64,000 nucleotides of DNA from Blepharisma stoltei ATCC 30299 (Eukaryota; Protista; Ciliophora), in contig CBFDEM010000060.1 of assembly GCA_965603825.1 (NCBI GenBank), positions 588,987-652,986 of the forward strand, written 5' to 3'. This document shows, in pieces, positions 20,689-34,719 of the stretch. The position numbers were made by a program, and so were the translations under genes. Under the pieces are notes generated by a model. That model was not told the DNA's origin, did not search any database, and worked only from the letters and a program-made list of their open reading frames with translations. Numbering within the stretch: position 1 is the stretch's first letter; each line of letters starts with the position of its first letter.

Positions 20689-23600
20689 ATTTTATTAGAT
20701 TAATAAAATGGATCAAACTAAATCAACATTAGAATGACTGATTTATGGAAGAAAATATATAAAATTTAATAATCTAGATGATATTTCTCAGTTTTACCAA
20801 TATTTTGAATAAAGGAACCAGCTGAGCTTATCTTAAAAATTTTTTAGTTTTTTGGATATCATTATTTATAGCAGTCTAATCAAATAATGATATTCAAAGC
20901 TGCCACAAGAGCCTAAAAAATGATTTAAGACAACTGAATTTGAGTCTGCATTCAAATTAGCTAACATTTTTTATATTTTATAGCGACTCCTTATTTTTTA
21001 TTCAACGACAAAATGGTGCAATAGTGTAACCGTTCCTAAAATGGTCTTATTTAATAAAAGTTTTTAACTCGATAAAGAATTAATTTTTTGGAGTCCTATT
21101 ACCAAATTACCTCAAAAACCTTATTAATTTCATTTTAAAGTCTTATCTTTGTATTTTTTGAACAATCGTAAATTTATTTCATTATCTTTCGAATAACTGA
21201 TCTGCTTCAAATTTTCTTTTACTCTAGCTGAGATAAAAGCTGTATCTTATTGCAATGAAAAAGAATGATCTGGGAAAACCATTCGGTTTCTATTAATTAC
21301 TATATCCTTTATTATGGGAAAATGGTTAAAATATTTGAAAGCAAATTTTTTTTTTCAACAGATATTTCTAAGGAACATTTTAATATTAGTCCTAGATCAA
21401 ATTTAAGTGTCAAGAGTCTAAAAACAACAATTTCTTAAATTTAAATTTTTTATTTTAAAAACTTATATATTTTAACTGCTTTCATCCCTCTATAGGCTTC
21501 TCTTAGGGACTTAAAAAATAAATATTGATGATTTTGGGTGGTTATCTTAAGAATTTTCTAAAAGTTTTTTTGGTAGAATTTATATCTGTTTTTGTTTCTA
21601 AATCTAATAAATTTATAAAGGCTACTTATTTTGAAATTTTTAAATGCTCAAAATTCAATTGAAGACAATTGCTTTCAATAATAATCACAGAATGCTAAGA
21701 ATTATAAGAGTTTAAGGGTCAATTTAAATTAAAAGGTCCTTTAAATGAAAAAGTTTAAGTATATGAGTGGTTTACTATTTTCTGCAGCACGGAGACTATA
21801 TCTTTATTTGCTGAAGGATTTAACTTTTTATTTAGCTTTTAAATTAAGTGATTTAGGAAGCTAGTTGCACAATCAAATTTCAACAAAATTTTGTCTAAAA
21901 AATTATATATATTTTTTTGAAAAAATCTAAGAAAGCTTTTTAAAATTAGTGAGTTGCTAAATATCTATAGGTTTTAAAGGCTAATCTGAGCTGAAAGCTC
22001 TTCTAATTAAGTTCAAAAAAAATCAGTCCCACAGCAAAAGGGATAGCTTTCTTAACTTATTAAATAATAGTCTTAATTGCATCCAAAAAATTTTGAGTAC
22101 CTTCTCTAATATATTAATTGCAGTGTTTTCTCAATAGTTTTATGATTTATTGAATTTCAGAAATAGCTATTTATATTTTGATGAATTTATATAGGTGTTT
22201 AATAGAGTAATTAATAAATTAGACCAGCCTTTTTAATCATACTATTTTGAAAAATATTTGGATTTTCTGATGCGTTTGCGATATATAAAAATCTAAAATA
22301 AATTTTATTTAGTGCCGTGAAAGCAGTGGCTTTGCATTTTTTAAGCATTTTTTTGTTCGAAAGACCTTTCATAATTCATAAGATTTGGCAAATATGATGA
22401 AACAATTAAGCAATGAAATCTATAATAGAAGTTAAATCACTAATAAAAAAGCTTTGAATCATTTCTTAAAATAAATAGCATTAAAGGCAGATAAATTAAA
22501 GTAACTTTCCCTAATATAAGAGCAGCATATGAAAACTTTGCATGTTTTGCTAAAATTTAGTTAGCTCTTATATTAAATCCAAGCTTTTATGAAGCAATTT
22601 CAACCATGATAGCTTATTCATATTGTCCCAAATTCTAAATTGGATAAATATGGAATCTGTTAGGCTTTATCTTTATATTTCTTAAACTCTCTTAGAATTT
22701 TCTTAGTCATATTAACTTCGATAATTCAAGGGTTTAATATTTCTATTAATTTAGTTACTTAAACTAAAATAAAATTGCTCCTATCATTCGGGAAATTGCT
22801 TATTTCACTTTATCAAATTTAACATAATTTTTTTTGGTTTCAAATCTAATTGCCAGCTTTAATACTTATATCTAATTTAAAATCATTATCGTTTTCTATA
22901 TTAAAACAAAGCTCTAGCCAATTTCTTAATGAATGTTTTACATAATAACAGAAATAGAATTATTTCCTTTTTTGAATTTTAAAGCTTTCAATCAGAATTA
23001 TTAGATTTTCTATAAGAGACAAGATTTTTATCTTAAACTTTTCCAGGAGGTAAAGCAAAATTAAGATCTATTTGTATTTTAGTATTTTTATCTCCTGCTT
23101 ATTATTATTATTATTGAAATTAAAGCAATTTTAATAAAAATCAAGTGGCAAGTCTTCTTCGTTTTGGGTGGAATATATGAATTGGTATGAACTCTTTCTA
23201 ATCTCTACACTGTAAATGGCCTTTATAAAGCATATCAAGATAGACCCTAGAGCTCACTCGAATTTAAATCACTTTTTTGTACTTATTAACAGAATGAATG
23301 CAAAACTTTTTAGGCTTCATTTCTTACACAGAAGAATAAGCAATTGCATTTAAAATATAAAATATTTACAAAGTATCATTAGATATTTGAGTTACTTATG
23401 AAGTCATGAAAATCTTAGTCATTTTATCTTAATTTCAGATTGTAAAGAAATTTTGGCCTTAAGGGAGAATTCATAACAAATTCTGGGATTTCAAATGCGG
23501 ATCCGATTCTATTGAATTCTTGCCGCAATATCAAGAAAAATAAGCAACAGAGAGAGTAAAAGCGAGGTATAGAGTCAATTGGAATAAAATACCTTTTTAA

Positions 23601-24590
23601 AATCAGTTCAGTTGTATATTGAGGATGCTCATAGTGATTTATTATTGACAGCACGATATTGAATTAGTCTGCTGGGATTGAAAAGAAATTAAAGCAAGTA
23701 TCTTTATATGAGAGTACTGAGTTTTCTTATTATTGAAGAAGCTTGTAAATATTTTAATAAGAAATTTTCGTCCAATATTTAAGCTTTTGGTAAATATTGA
23801 ATAGCCTATAGTTTATCTTACTTTAGTAGGAATATTCTCAAAAAATCCAACTTTTTATTATCTCAAATATTAAAAACTTAATAGCATAATACGGAAATTT
23901 AAAATTAATTTACAATAAATTATAAATAATACCACTATAGCAAAGCCAAATTTAATATTCATGGCTAAATAAGACAATAATGCAAAATTCAGCATGCTAT
24001 CTATTAATTCTTTATTTATTCTTTAAAATTATTGCCATTTTAAAATTCTGTATACTGGGATTTATTGCATAAATTAGTAAAGATGACACGCAGAACTATG
24101 CTGGCATTCTTAAATTTAGTTAATCTATCATTATTCTCATGCATTCTTGCTCTATTTCAATAAATCTGCGCAGAGTATATATTCTTAATTGTCCAATTAT
24201 TAAAATTAGTATTCATTACAAATTTTTAGTCATTATATTTAAAGCGGCAAATGAGAACTTGTATGGCTTTTTCTATCTTAGCAGCATCTTTATTTACAGA
24301 TGAATGAGAAATTCTTGACCTTTCTAAAAAAGAATTTACTTGGGGGATCTTAATTCTTATTTTGAAAATTGCAGTCAAATAGTTTCTTTTAGCTAGAAGA
24401 TTTCTGATATTCCAGTTTTCTCCCATTTGTAATAATTTTTAAGATAGGAACCCATAATATAGTAGCATCTATTTTTATCTAAAAAGCTTATATATTCGAC
24501 TAGAAAATTCTTGTTCTCTTCAGCGTAAGAATTCATGTTTATTATGTAAAAATGTTGGCAGTTAAATATGTGTATATTTTTAAAAAATTA

Positions 24591-26318
24591 TTAGAGGAAT
24601 TTAATCATTAACTTTTCCTGCAAATTAAACTTGTAGTAGCGTTCATTTTTCAAGCTAGTCGCAATATAAATTGCACCTTTATTGTATGACCAATAAACTT
24701 GAGAAGGGTATTGATCGCTAATAATCGATTTTCCTACCTTTTTCCACACATTCTCATTACCTATTTCGCTTTCATAAACTGATCCATTATCGCATTCAAT
24801 CAAATACAGCCTTTCTGTATTTATCAAAATTTTTCTTTTATACTCTGCAAAATCAAAAGGAATTCTTGAGAAGTCGTCATTTTCAATGGAATAGCGCAAA
24901 ATATTGGGATTTCAGCACCCTGATATCAAAATATTTCCATTAAATACAGCACAATGGCACTTGCAGTCTGCTATTGGAAGAGGATTTAAATAAATTCATT
25001 GATTTTCATCTAAACTAAATTTATCTGAAAGGGTTAGAAGAATTGTATTTGATCCTCCAAAGCAGTAAATATTTCTGTTGAAATAAATAGCTGATGACCC
25101 TTTGCAGGGTATCCCAGAAGGTAGAATTCTAACTCTATTATTTCCATCAATCACCAATGAAATGCCAGACGCTGGATTATTCCCAAAACAAAATAATTCC
25201 CCATCTGGGAGCTGAGCTATACATGTTCCATCAGTCAAAATCTCTGGAGCCTCAAAATTTTGAGCTTTTTCTCTTTCATTTTCAGTATCGTAAACAATCA
25301 ATCTATTTCTGTCATATTTATCTCTGTCAATAAGATAGAGAGATGTTTTCTGATGATAAGCATCAATATATCTTTGAAAAGCCAAGCTTACTGCTGGATT
25401 AGTAGTATAGGCATATTTAGTTACAGGCTCTCTAAAATCTTCCTCTATTTTTGAGTTATTTGGGATATTTCAAATATTAAAAATTTTGTTTTCGAGAAGC
25501 AGCTGAAGATTTTCGTCTGAATTTTTGGCATCTTGAGGAGGATTTTGCTGGTTTTCTATTAGGAGATTAGGTTTTTTAAGGTCTTCAAACTCAAATTTAG
25601 AATTCTCTGAAATGAGATCTGAAATAGAAGCTCTTATCCCTGCTAATTGATTATTAGCATTTAATTTATTTGAAGTTATATCTTTTTCATACTGCTTAAG
25701 GCATTGCTGGATTCTCAAAAGTTTATTTACAAAATTTCCATTATTAGCTTTAATGAATCTTTTAAGTTCGCTATTCTCATGCAAAGATGTTGCTAGCTCC
25801 ATGTTAAGTCTTTTAATTTCGTTGTCCTTTTCAAAGCTTAAACTCTGAAAATGGTCTAAATTTGTTTTAAGCCACTCTATATGATTGATTTTTATCTCGA
25901 TTGATTTTTTGTAAGAAATTAGCTTATTTTCAAGCATCAGATTTTTTTCTTTTTCATTGTTATACAGACTTGTAATATTTCCTATCTGCTCATTTCCCTT
26001 TTTTAAGCTGTCTTCAAAGAACGCTTCTCTAATATTAATCGCTTCTATTAAATCTCGCTTAATTTGGCATTCTCGCTGAATTTCAGGCATTTTTTCTTTA
26101 AAACTGCTAATTATTGCTTTAAGCCGATGATTGTCAATTAGGACTGTGTTTTTTAATGCTGCACCTGTAAGAGGACTGGTTTTATTTTTTTGAAACCAAG
26201 CAGTAATTGATGCTCGTTCATAGCTGTGGCCATCTGGCGCTACCACCGGATCTTCCATCAAGTCTCCTGTTATAGGGCAGCAGTAGTCATCTGGAACATC
26301 AACAAAGTTTTCTACCAT
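24591..26318 (-). CDS. U-box + coiled-coil + Kelch-repeat protein, 575 aa (putative E3 ubiquitin ligase)
   Basis: ORFs 25470-26318, 24996-25385 and 24591-24899 share one frame and are joined through 3 TGA codons; the gene ends TAA. U-box VPDDYCCPITGDLMEDPVVAPDGHSYERASITAWF...SPLT. Kelch-like IYCFGG...DENQ(W=TGA). Confidence 0.9.
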
Positions 26319-26399
26319 TTCAATAAAAATTTAAGAGATATTTTCAAATAATCAATAAAACATAAATATGAAGTATAAGAATCTTGATGACTTGCTTTC

Positions 26400-27500
26400 T
26401 TCGAGATGCTCGCCTGTATCCTATTTTGGTTTCTCATAGGGCCATAGGGAACCAACTATTAAAGTCATTTTTGCAGACCACCCTAAATCTTCCATCACTC
26501 TTATCAGCCGGCCTAATTTTTGTCGTACTCACGATTTCTCCAGAATAGCGTCTTTATCTCTTTATCTCCACAGTTCTATCTTCCATCAAATATCTCAGAT
26601 TTGTATCGGATTTGCAAATTTTAAAGAGCAGCAGTGATGATTTGCCTCTTTATCTTAAGTCTTTCTATATTTTAGCTGATACAATTAATACTCCTTAACA
26701 GTTATTTGAGAACCCCCTTATAAAGGATCGTTTTCTTCATGCCAATTGAGTAGTTGTATATATCTATACTCCTCAAATCTTCACATTTCGTAGAATCAAA
26801 ACCTTTACTAATGCCGAGAAAAGCACAAGGCATCCGCTTTTTAGTCTGCAGTAATTTATTAGTGTTTAAAAGCGACAAAATTTGTCTAATGTCACCATCT
26901 TGACATAATTTCCGATTGTATTCTGACTTAGAATGGCTTTTGTATATCTAATCAATCTTCTTGCTAATCTACATGCCCTAAAGATGTGGTCTAAAATCAT
27001 CCAGTTGCATTGAATAAGGCTTCTTTTGATTATTATTACTGTTTTGTATCCAATCCTTCGAAAAATCTCCTTTGCCTTCATATGCGTTGAACCAATTTAT
27101 AGTTATTCCTTTAATTGATAATAAGACTAGCAGATGCATTATCTGGGCTTGCTACTTTTTGTTGACAAATGTTTTTATACCGTGCTAAATTCATTTCTTG
27201 TAGGTAGAATTCTAGTAATCAACTCTTCTAGCTTAATCCTGCCCTAGCCTTGATATTTTTGCACGATCATCACATAATGCTTTCTTATTCCTGCTTTGCA
27301 AATTTAGCAGGGACTGCTCTCTTTGCTCTTACTATCCTCATGAATATTCGAGGGTCCTGACTCTTACCAGCACCTATATAGCCATTTTTCTAATGGCTGT
27401 TTCTCATCCTTTTCTTAACTATTTCTACTTAAAGTCATCACGGTCTCTCTTATATTGGCGAATTTGTCTTTTCCTACACGTTGATTCGACAACTTAAGCT
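26400..27500 (-). mobile_element. Degenerate non-LTR retrotransposon reverse-transcriptase fragment
   Basis: Minus-strand motifs occur in canonical order across frameshifts: KVASPDN (~KAPGPDG, 27140-27160), WFNAYEGKGDFSKDW...KKP...DDFRP (~FN...G..P..W...KK...DYRP, 26987-27095), AFLGISKGFDST (~FLDxSKAFDSV, 26790-26825). No YADD motif seen. Confidence 0.72.
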
Positions 27501-29264
27501 AAAAGGATAAATTCTAAGAGATGTGATGATTTTTGGCAGTGCAACATAAAATCGTTTTAGAATTATAGGCCCCTTTTTGAATTAAGGCTGAATATTTTAG
27601 GAATATAAGTTAATAAATTTATAAAATTATCTTAGAAGAATGATTATTTTCGATCTAATAAATAAAATTCTAAAACTTTTACAATCCAAATACATTTTGG
27701 TAGATGTCGATATGGAAGTTAAGCTTCAAAATGAATAATATTTTCTTTGCCTATTATATTTTTGTGCCTTCTTAGGTTTTTTAAAGCATTTCTTTAGCTT
27801 CTCAAAGTTTCTGGATATTGCGATAAATGCTCTAAATCTTAACTTGAAATGTCATAAAGTTATTTATTAGAAGTAGCATACATCATGTGACCTTTCTTCA
27901 GATTTAAATAAGTATAAATTATGCTGAGGAAGAAGTCGGGCAAACTATAATCAAAAAGGTCTCGATCTTAGTGCTGTTGCCTCTTCTAAGGGAACGTTGA
28001 ATAGCTTGATTGTTGTATTTTTAGTCAAAGTTTCTCCAGCAAAACAATCGTTAAAATTTGTTAAATTGTTTATAAAACTTAATAGAATCTAAAAAAGATA
28101 CTTTTAATATAGACAGCAATAAAAATTTATAATTTATCAGTTGATAAATAATAATTCTATAAATTTTAAATAATTTTATGTATTAATTCTAAAGTAAATA
28201 TATTTCTTACACAATAATTGCGGCTTAGCTGAATAGAATACATGCTGATGATCATTAAAAATATATCTCAAAGTAGGGGAATTGTCACAATCGTTGCATT
28301 TGCTCATAAAATTTAGTTTAGAATATAGTAAATTCTCTATTTTTAATTAAATTATTATATAAATAACTTTTTATAATTAAATCATGCTCTTCAGTTAAAA
28401 ATTCAATTAATAACAGAATTTTAATTTGAAAACTGAATTTAATTTTTATTTTTAAGTTCTAATTTAAAAAATAAATCAATTCAGCGTGAAGACTGTATAA
28501 AATAATAAGGCATTTTAGACGGGGCGATGACTAGTGGGTTGCCACTTATGGCCGAATTCTTATTTGAATTTTAATTTCACGAACGGAAACTCCATAAACT
28601 GCAAAGCTTGATTCTCAATATAGCACTTGCTTGAACATTCCTCATCCGATTTAGGTTAAAAAACCAATGGTAATCTTACACTCTTCATTTCCTGAAATTA
28701 TATAATCAAATTTCTAAAACTCTCCACAAACTCTCACTCAATGCATGCGCCTCAAATCCTCCACAAAGCACCAAATCCGCTGTTTTTTCTCTTATTTTTG
28801 GCACAAAGTGCTAAAAATGAAATTAAAATTAATTAAATATCTCTTTATAGAATGCATATTTTATCATTTTAATCGTATTAAATGCCAATAAAATTTGTTA
28901 GTTAAGTATAGAGATGCTATGGTGCACTAAAAATCATGCTATTTAAATAATTCTAGACTTTTAAAGAGAAAAGCCAAAACAGGAAGAAGGTATCAGACTT
29001 ATAGTAAATGTGTCTCATGACTCAGAATTCTGTAAAAGAAAACTTATCTGGGAAATTTACATAATCCTTTTATTAAATAAAAGATATAGCTCCTACACTG
29101 CGTGATTACTAATATAATTTTGTGTAATTGAATATTTCAATAATTGTAACAAATAATGATAAAAATAGTTAACCTTAATAATTTATTTTATCTAAATTAG
29201 GAAAATTTAAAGATCCAAAACCCTTTTATTTGCTTAAAGGCTATATTTATATTAATTTATATTA

Positions 29265-29811
29265 AAATAATGAGCTGAAATGAATAATATTTTTTAAAGC
29301 GCTTTAAGTTTAAGAATACGATGCATATTTACATTCTCTGCTTCGAAAAAAATCATAACAGCTTAAGATAGAACCAAAATCCTATAATTTTCATTTTCTG
29401 TGGAAATTTTACAAACAAAATCGCCATTATATGAGTTCTATTCTTATCCGATTAAATTAGCTAACCTGAGTATTTGAATAAACATAGCAGCCCATAGCCT
29501 AGACAACGGTTTTTAATATTTTGATATGCTTCTGTGGTTATCAGCACTTAATAGAATGCAAAAGCTATAATTATAATTACTAAAATTGGCTCATTAAACT
29601 TTTAGATTTATAAATAAACCAGAAATTAATAAAGCTTTATTTGTTAATTAATATTAAAATTGAAAACTTTACAAAGAAGGAGATCAATTAAAATATAATT
29701 AATTAAAAGCAGAGATTAACTAAATAAATAAAGCCATTAATTTAGCAATGCTTTATTGCAAAATCTACTTAAATAGCATAATAAGTTTACTTTATTTTAT
29801 AATACCATAAA
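29265..29811 (+). repeat. About 550-bp non-coding segment duplicated at 60266-60829
   Basis: Near-identical from aaaataatgagctgaaa to aataccataaa. Confidence 0.93.
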
Positions 29812-30028
29812 TAATTCAAATTTTAATATAAATTAACTATTTGCGACATAATTTAGGTACAGAGCTCAACAAGTTTAAATTGATTTTTATTTTTATGGTA
29901 GTCTTTTGGTTATTTCTGAACATTTAAAAAAATAGCAGTTTCTTAATTCGAAAATCTGGAATATATATAGGGATTATTAAAGTCAATATTCAAATTATTT
30001 TGTATTTATTATTCAGTTTATTTATTTA

Positions 30029-33000
30029 ATGGAGTTTTATTTGCTATTCCTATCAATATCTACCCTTGCATCAGTTGAGCTTCTCATCTTTTATGGAGAA
30101 ATGACTCCAGTGTCCCTTATTTCATATTTTCAGGCCAATTTAGCAGGAATGATAGGAAATCCCAATATTTTCGAGATTGTTTTTGTACTAGCAAATAGCC
30201 AAACAAATTTTATATCATCACTTAAAGGTGATATTCAAATTGCAATTGATGCTACATTTGATATAACTTTAAGCCATCGCTTATTGACTGCTACAGAAGA
30301 ACAAGGAATTATAAATTTGTATTTAGACTCAAATTTGCTAACTAACGGTGAGCTGCAGTATTATGCTCATGTGCCTTTGCAAAGCCAATTGGCTATTATG
30401 CAGCAATTCCTAGATTATTTAGGATGAAACGAAATTACAATTATTGGCAGCAATTCACAAGAATCCTTAGCGCTTTCTGATAAATTTGTGGAAAATACTG
30501 AAAATAGGGTAAAGCTTAAACTTTTGTTAACAGAATCTTCTAATATTGGTAGAATGAATGACATTGCCGGCAAGATTTTCAAGCTAAAAGGTTTGCAAAT
30601 CTTTATGGTGCTTTGCGAAGGAAATTATATTAGCAATATCATAATTTCTTTTGCTAATAAAAAATTATATAAAGCTGGACTAGGAATTTTAATATGAAGT
30701 CAAGGCATATGAGGAGGGTCTGAAAATGGACTTTTATATTTAGTAGAGCAAGGCCTTGAAGCTGCTACATCTTATGAGCAATACGAAGCTCTTTCAATTA
30801 AATTCTTTACAAACTCAATATTGGAGTACATAGAAAATCTTTCAAGCAATGAGCTTCCTAGAATCACTAATGACTCCTTAAAGCAATTTATACAATCCAA
30901 TTGGCCAAACCATGGGAAACCCCAAAGCTATTCCATAATAAATATTGTCAATTCTACAAAAAAAATAGTCGGAACCGCCTCGAACGCTTTAATCAGCATT
31001 TCATCAGATCCTATATACCCAGGAAACACCACTAATAAGCCAACAGCTTCTAAAGCAACCCTTTATATGTCCTTAACTACTTCAGGCAAAGAGCCTGATG
31101 GCAGCTTCAATTCTTATCAGCCAGTCCAAGCCCAAGGCAATTTTTTCGCCCGAGACTGAATAAATAACAGCTCTTTAATCCTTGAAAATTTCCATATCAA
31201 ATTTGTAGAAAATAGTTGTGGGACGATGAGTTTTATAAAAAATATTGATGCTGCATGCTATTCGCCGCTAAAAGAAAAGTTAGGCGTGGTTTTTCTCACT
31301 TCGGATTATGTAGCAAGCGTTGTAGGTATAATTATGCTGTTTAGAGAATGAAATATTTCGCTTCCCCATATAGCTCCAGGCCCAAGTAGTCCGCTTCTTT
31401 CCAATAAAACTAATTATCCAGAATTCATGAGGGTAGCTCCTAATGGAAATTATAATGCCGTGGTTATTCTTAGACTTTGCCAAATTTTTGCCTGAAAAAA
31501 TGTAAATGTTCTATATGCAAATTCAAGCTCAAATATCGCTATGTACCAAACCTTTGCAAGCGAGGCCCAAAAAGGAGGAATCACAATTGCAAATGGTGAA
31601 AATGAGCGAATTCTCCCAGCAAACTATGACAGAACCCAATTTTCTAATTATAAACATATTTTCCAAGCAATTAAGAACACCAATGTCAAAATTTTTATTT
31701 CATTTCAAACGGCCAATTCTAATTATCAGTCAATTGAAGGCCTTTATGATATAGGGCTAAGAAAGGGAAACCTTGTCATAATTTTACCTTCCAAAACTGG
31801 CGGACAAGCTATAATCCAAAACTACGCCCAAGCCTATCTTCCAAAGCTACTAGAACTTCTAACTGGCTCTATAAGTGTCGGCACAATTGAATATATAGGC
31901 GAATTTGGCTTAAAAATAAAAAAAGCTATGACTGACTACTGAGGAAATTCCCCAAATTTCAAAGCCACGCATTTTGATCAAACTTTACTTGCTGCATATG
32001 GCTTAGATTTTACTATTAATAAAGGTGATGATTTTGAAAATGCTACAATTTTAGCCAAAAATGCAAGGCTCCAAAGGTTCACAGGTGCTTCTGGATCTAT
32101 CGCAATCGATTCTACATCAAATGACAGGAGTTTTATGATTTTGGGTATAAATAATTTTTATACAACAAATTCAACTGGGATTTATAATGAAAGCGTGGCG
32201 GGATATTATATTCCAACTTCAAGCATCCCTATACAGCTTAGTACCAATATTATATGGCCTGGGCCTTCTTATACGCTTCCCCACGACTCCGTAGTGATAG
32301 ATTCTGAATGCGGCTTTGATAAATCAAAAACTAGCAAGTCTGTTAAAGGAATTGCGGTTTTTACGACCATTTGTGGGGCAGTGTCTTTATTAGCTGTTTT
32401 AATTGCATTTTATACGTGGAAAAGGAAACTGGTTATGCATTATCCTAAGCTTGTGGAGGCAAGAGAGATACAGTTTGCGGACTCAGTAATTATGATGACA
32501 TTGCTGGTGGAAACTTTTCAGTATATTAATATAGGGCCAAAGGTGAAGAATGATCCCGCTACAAGGTATTTGAGCAGCTTAATTAATATTGATATTACAA
32601 TGCTTAAAAGCAGCGCATATTGGATTGGACTTGATATTGTGCTTGGAATAGTATGCTTTTGGCTTCTTATGTGTTTATTGGCGGTGTCAAAAAATCGGGC
32701 TGTAATTCAGAACGTATTTATCCTTAGATGGCTTTATGAAGTAAAAAACTACTTAATGCCCTTATTAGGAAATATGCTTTTTATCCCAATAATAAATATT
32801 CTACTTACTGTCCCTAAGTGCTCAAAGTCAATCGGAGATGAGCTTGATGAAAGCTATATGGATATCAACTGCAAAGAATTTTGCTGAAAAGAAACTCATC
32901 TAACCTATGCAATTGTTTGCGCCTTCTCACTTGCCCTGTACATTCCTATATCGGTCATATATAGGCCTCTTTGAACTAATCTTCAAGGCGACTACAATCA

Positions 33001-33586
33001 AAATATCCGACCCCAGCCAGGATATTTAATTGTAAAAAGCGCAGCCCAAATCATTTTTGTAACTCTAAACAAAATAATTTCATTGCACGACTCCATAACC
33101 CAAGGTTTTGCCTATTTATGTTTTTTAATCATATTTACAGTCTATATAATCAAGCATCCGCCCTTTAATTATGAGCGATTAAGTATGTGGCATGTTGTTG
33201 CTTTATTTTGTGTCTCATGATCAATATTATTAGCAAGTCTTTCTCTAATAGTAGATCAATATGACTTAGGATTTATGATAGCAAAATTAGCAGGATGGGG
33301 TATTATGATTGTGTATGGTCTATTTTTGCATACCAAAAAATACCCAGCACTATTAATAAGACAGCCTCCACAAAATATTTCTGTACTATTTAGGTTTATG
33401 TTGACGTCAAGTGTAAGAGCTGATGAAATTGAGAAAAAAAATTTAAGGTTTGAGAATGGAGGTATTAAGCTAGAAGAGCACGCTATTGATGCACTGTCTT
33501 TTGATAAAATTGAAATTGCTGAAAATATTGAAAATGACATGACATCTAAAAGAGATATTATTGACGAAGAAGAAGGAATTAACTAA
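30029..33586 (+). CDS. Receptor-like protein, 1185 aa: signal peptide, two tandem ANF-receptor/Venus-flytrap-like modules, about 8-9 TM segments
   Basis: Six track ORFs share one frame and are joined by 10 TGA codons; the gene ends TAA. VFT signatures SPLLSNKTNYPEFMRVAP, FA(W)KNVNVLY and RFTGASGSIAIDSTSNDR; an earlier LDYLG(W)NEITII marks a degenerate first module. Confidence 0.88.
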
Positions 33587-33779
33587 TAAAATTAAAATAA
33601 TTGAATGATCTAATAATTAATAAATGATTGCTTTATATAAATTTAATTTTTTGAATTGAATCTCTTTGTTAGAGAATCAATCTATAATAAATTTCAACGA
33701 TTTTAAGTTGTTTCAACAACGTAAAAATCAAGTCAGACTTCAGAAAAGCTTGCTCACTATATGAGAACAAAACTTTGCA

Positions 33780-34190
33780 TCTGATATATTATTAGTCTAA
33801 GCTTATCATGATTTAATCAGCTCTTATCATCAAATCTCATCGTTTATCTCGTTCAAAGGGGTGATGATATCGATACTGATTTAATCATTTACGACACTGA
33901 AACTAAAACTAAAAAAAGCAATAGTCTTTGGATTATCCTAACCAATTAGCAATGAATGCCTGCCTCACTCAACTCCAATTGGTGAATTTTTCTGTTTGGG
34001 TAATCTTTATCCAGATACTAGCAGAGGATTGATAATTCGCAAAGATCGAGTCTACCCTCTGGAATGGAATATTTCAAGATCATTTATTAGCTATATATTT
34101 TTATAGAAGTATTTACTGTTTTGGAGGATATGATGATAGAAAAATTTTCACCTGCTACTTAGAAGTATTTTATATTGGATAACAGAAGAG
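33780..34190 (+). pseudogene. Kelch-domain pseudogene fragment related to the U-box/Kelch gene
   Basis: LIIYDTETK...ACLTQL..GEFFCLGN...YFYRSIYCFGGY resembles LIVYDTENE...TCIAQLPDGELFCFGN...YFNRNIYCFGGS. Frameshifted. Confidence 0.7.
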
Positions 34191-34429
34191 CCTGGCTTCG
34201 CAGAAATTATAATCATCGAAATAATAATTCCCATTTTCCGCATAAAAAATAGTAGTGCCTGATATTATTGTGCTGGCTCTTTGCTTGTATCTGTGCTTGG
34301 CTTACAGTATCTGTATAAATTATTTGATAAAGATCGTCAGCCAGAGCAAAAACTAATGGGGATTATTTATTTGGCCTAATGCGATATTGATATTGATATA
34401 GTCTTCAGCAATAGATATATCGAAAATGA

Positions 34430-34650
34430 GTACATCAAGAAAAACCTTGCAAATGTCAAAGAGTTTCTCTATTGAGGTCAATTTGTGTTTATAAGGTATT
34501 GAAGAGGCTACAGTTGGTCTAGTCTGTAAAATCTGTCCAAAAGGCTATTATAATATATATTTAAATAAATCTAAGTGTTAGGATTGTACAAAATATGCAA
34601 TTTGTTATGGAAATTTCTTAATAGTTCCAAATCGGGGTATTGAAGAAATA
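34430..34650 (+). pseudogene. Fragment of a Cys-rich membrane-protein ectodomain
   Basis: CKICPKGYYNIYLNKSKC*DCTKYAICYGNFLIVPNRG with an in-frame TAG. Confidence 0.5.
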
Positions 34651-34719
34651 TTGAGTATTTTTGTCATTTATCAATAAGACGATAAATTATATTAGGCTAC
34701 TTAGCTTATTGATTTAATA

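Noticed and set aside
28500-28820. Possible B12-binding/radical-SAM-like fragment on the minus strand (LVLCGGFEAH...FDYIISGNEE)
   Set aside because: Short, frameshifted, and the resemblance is too weak to support without a search.
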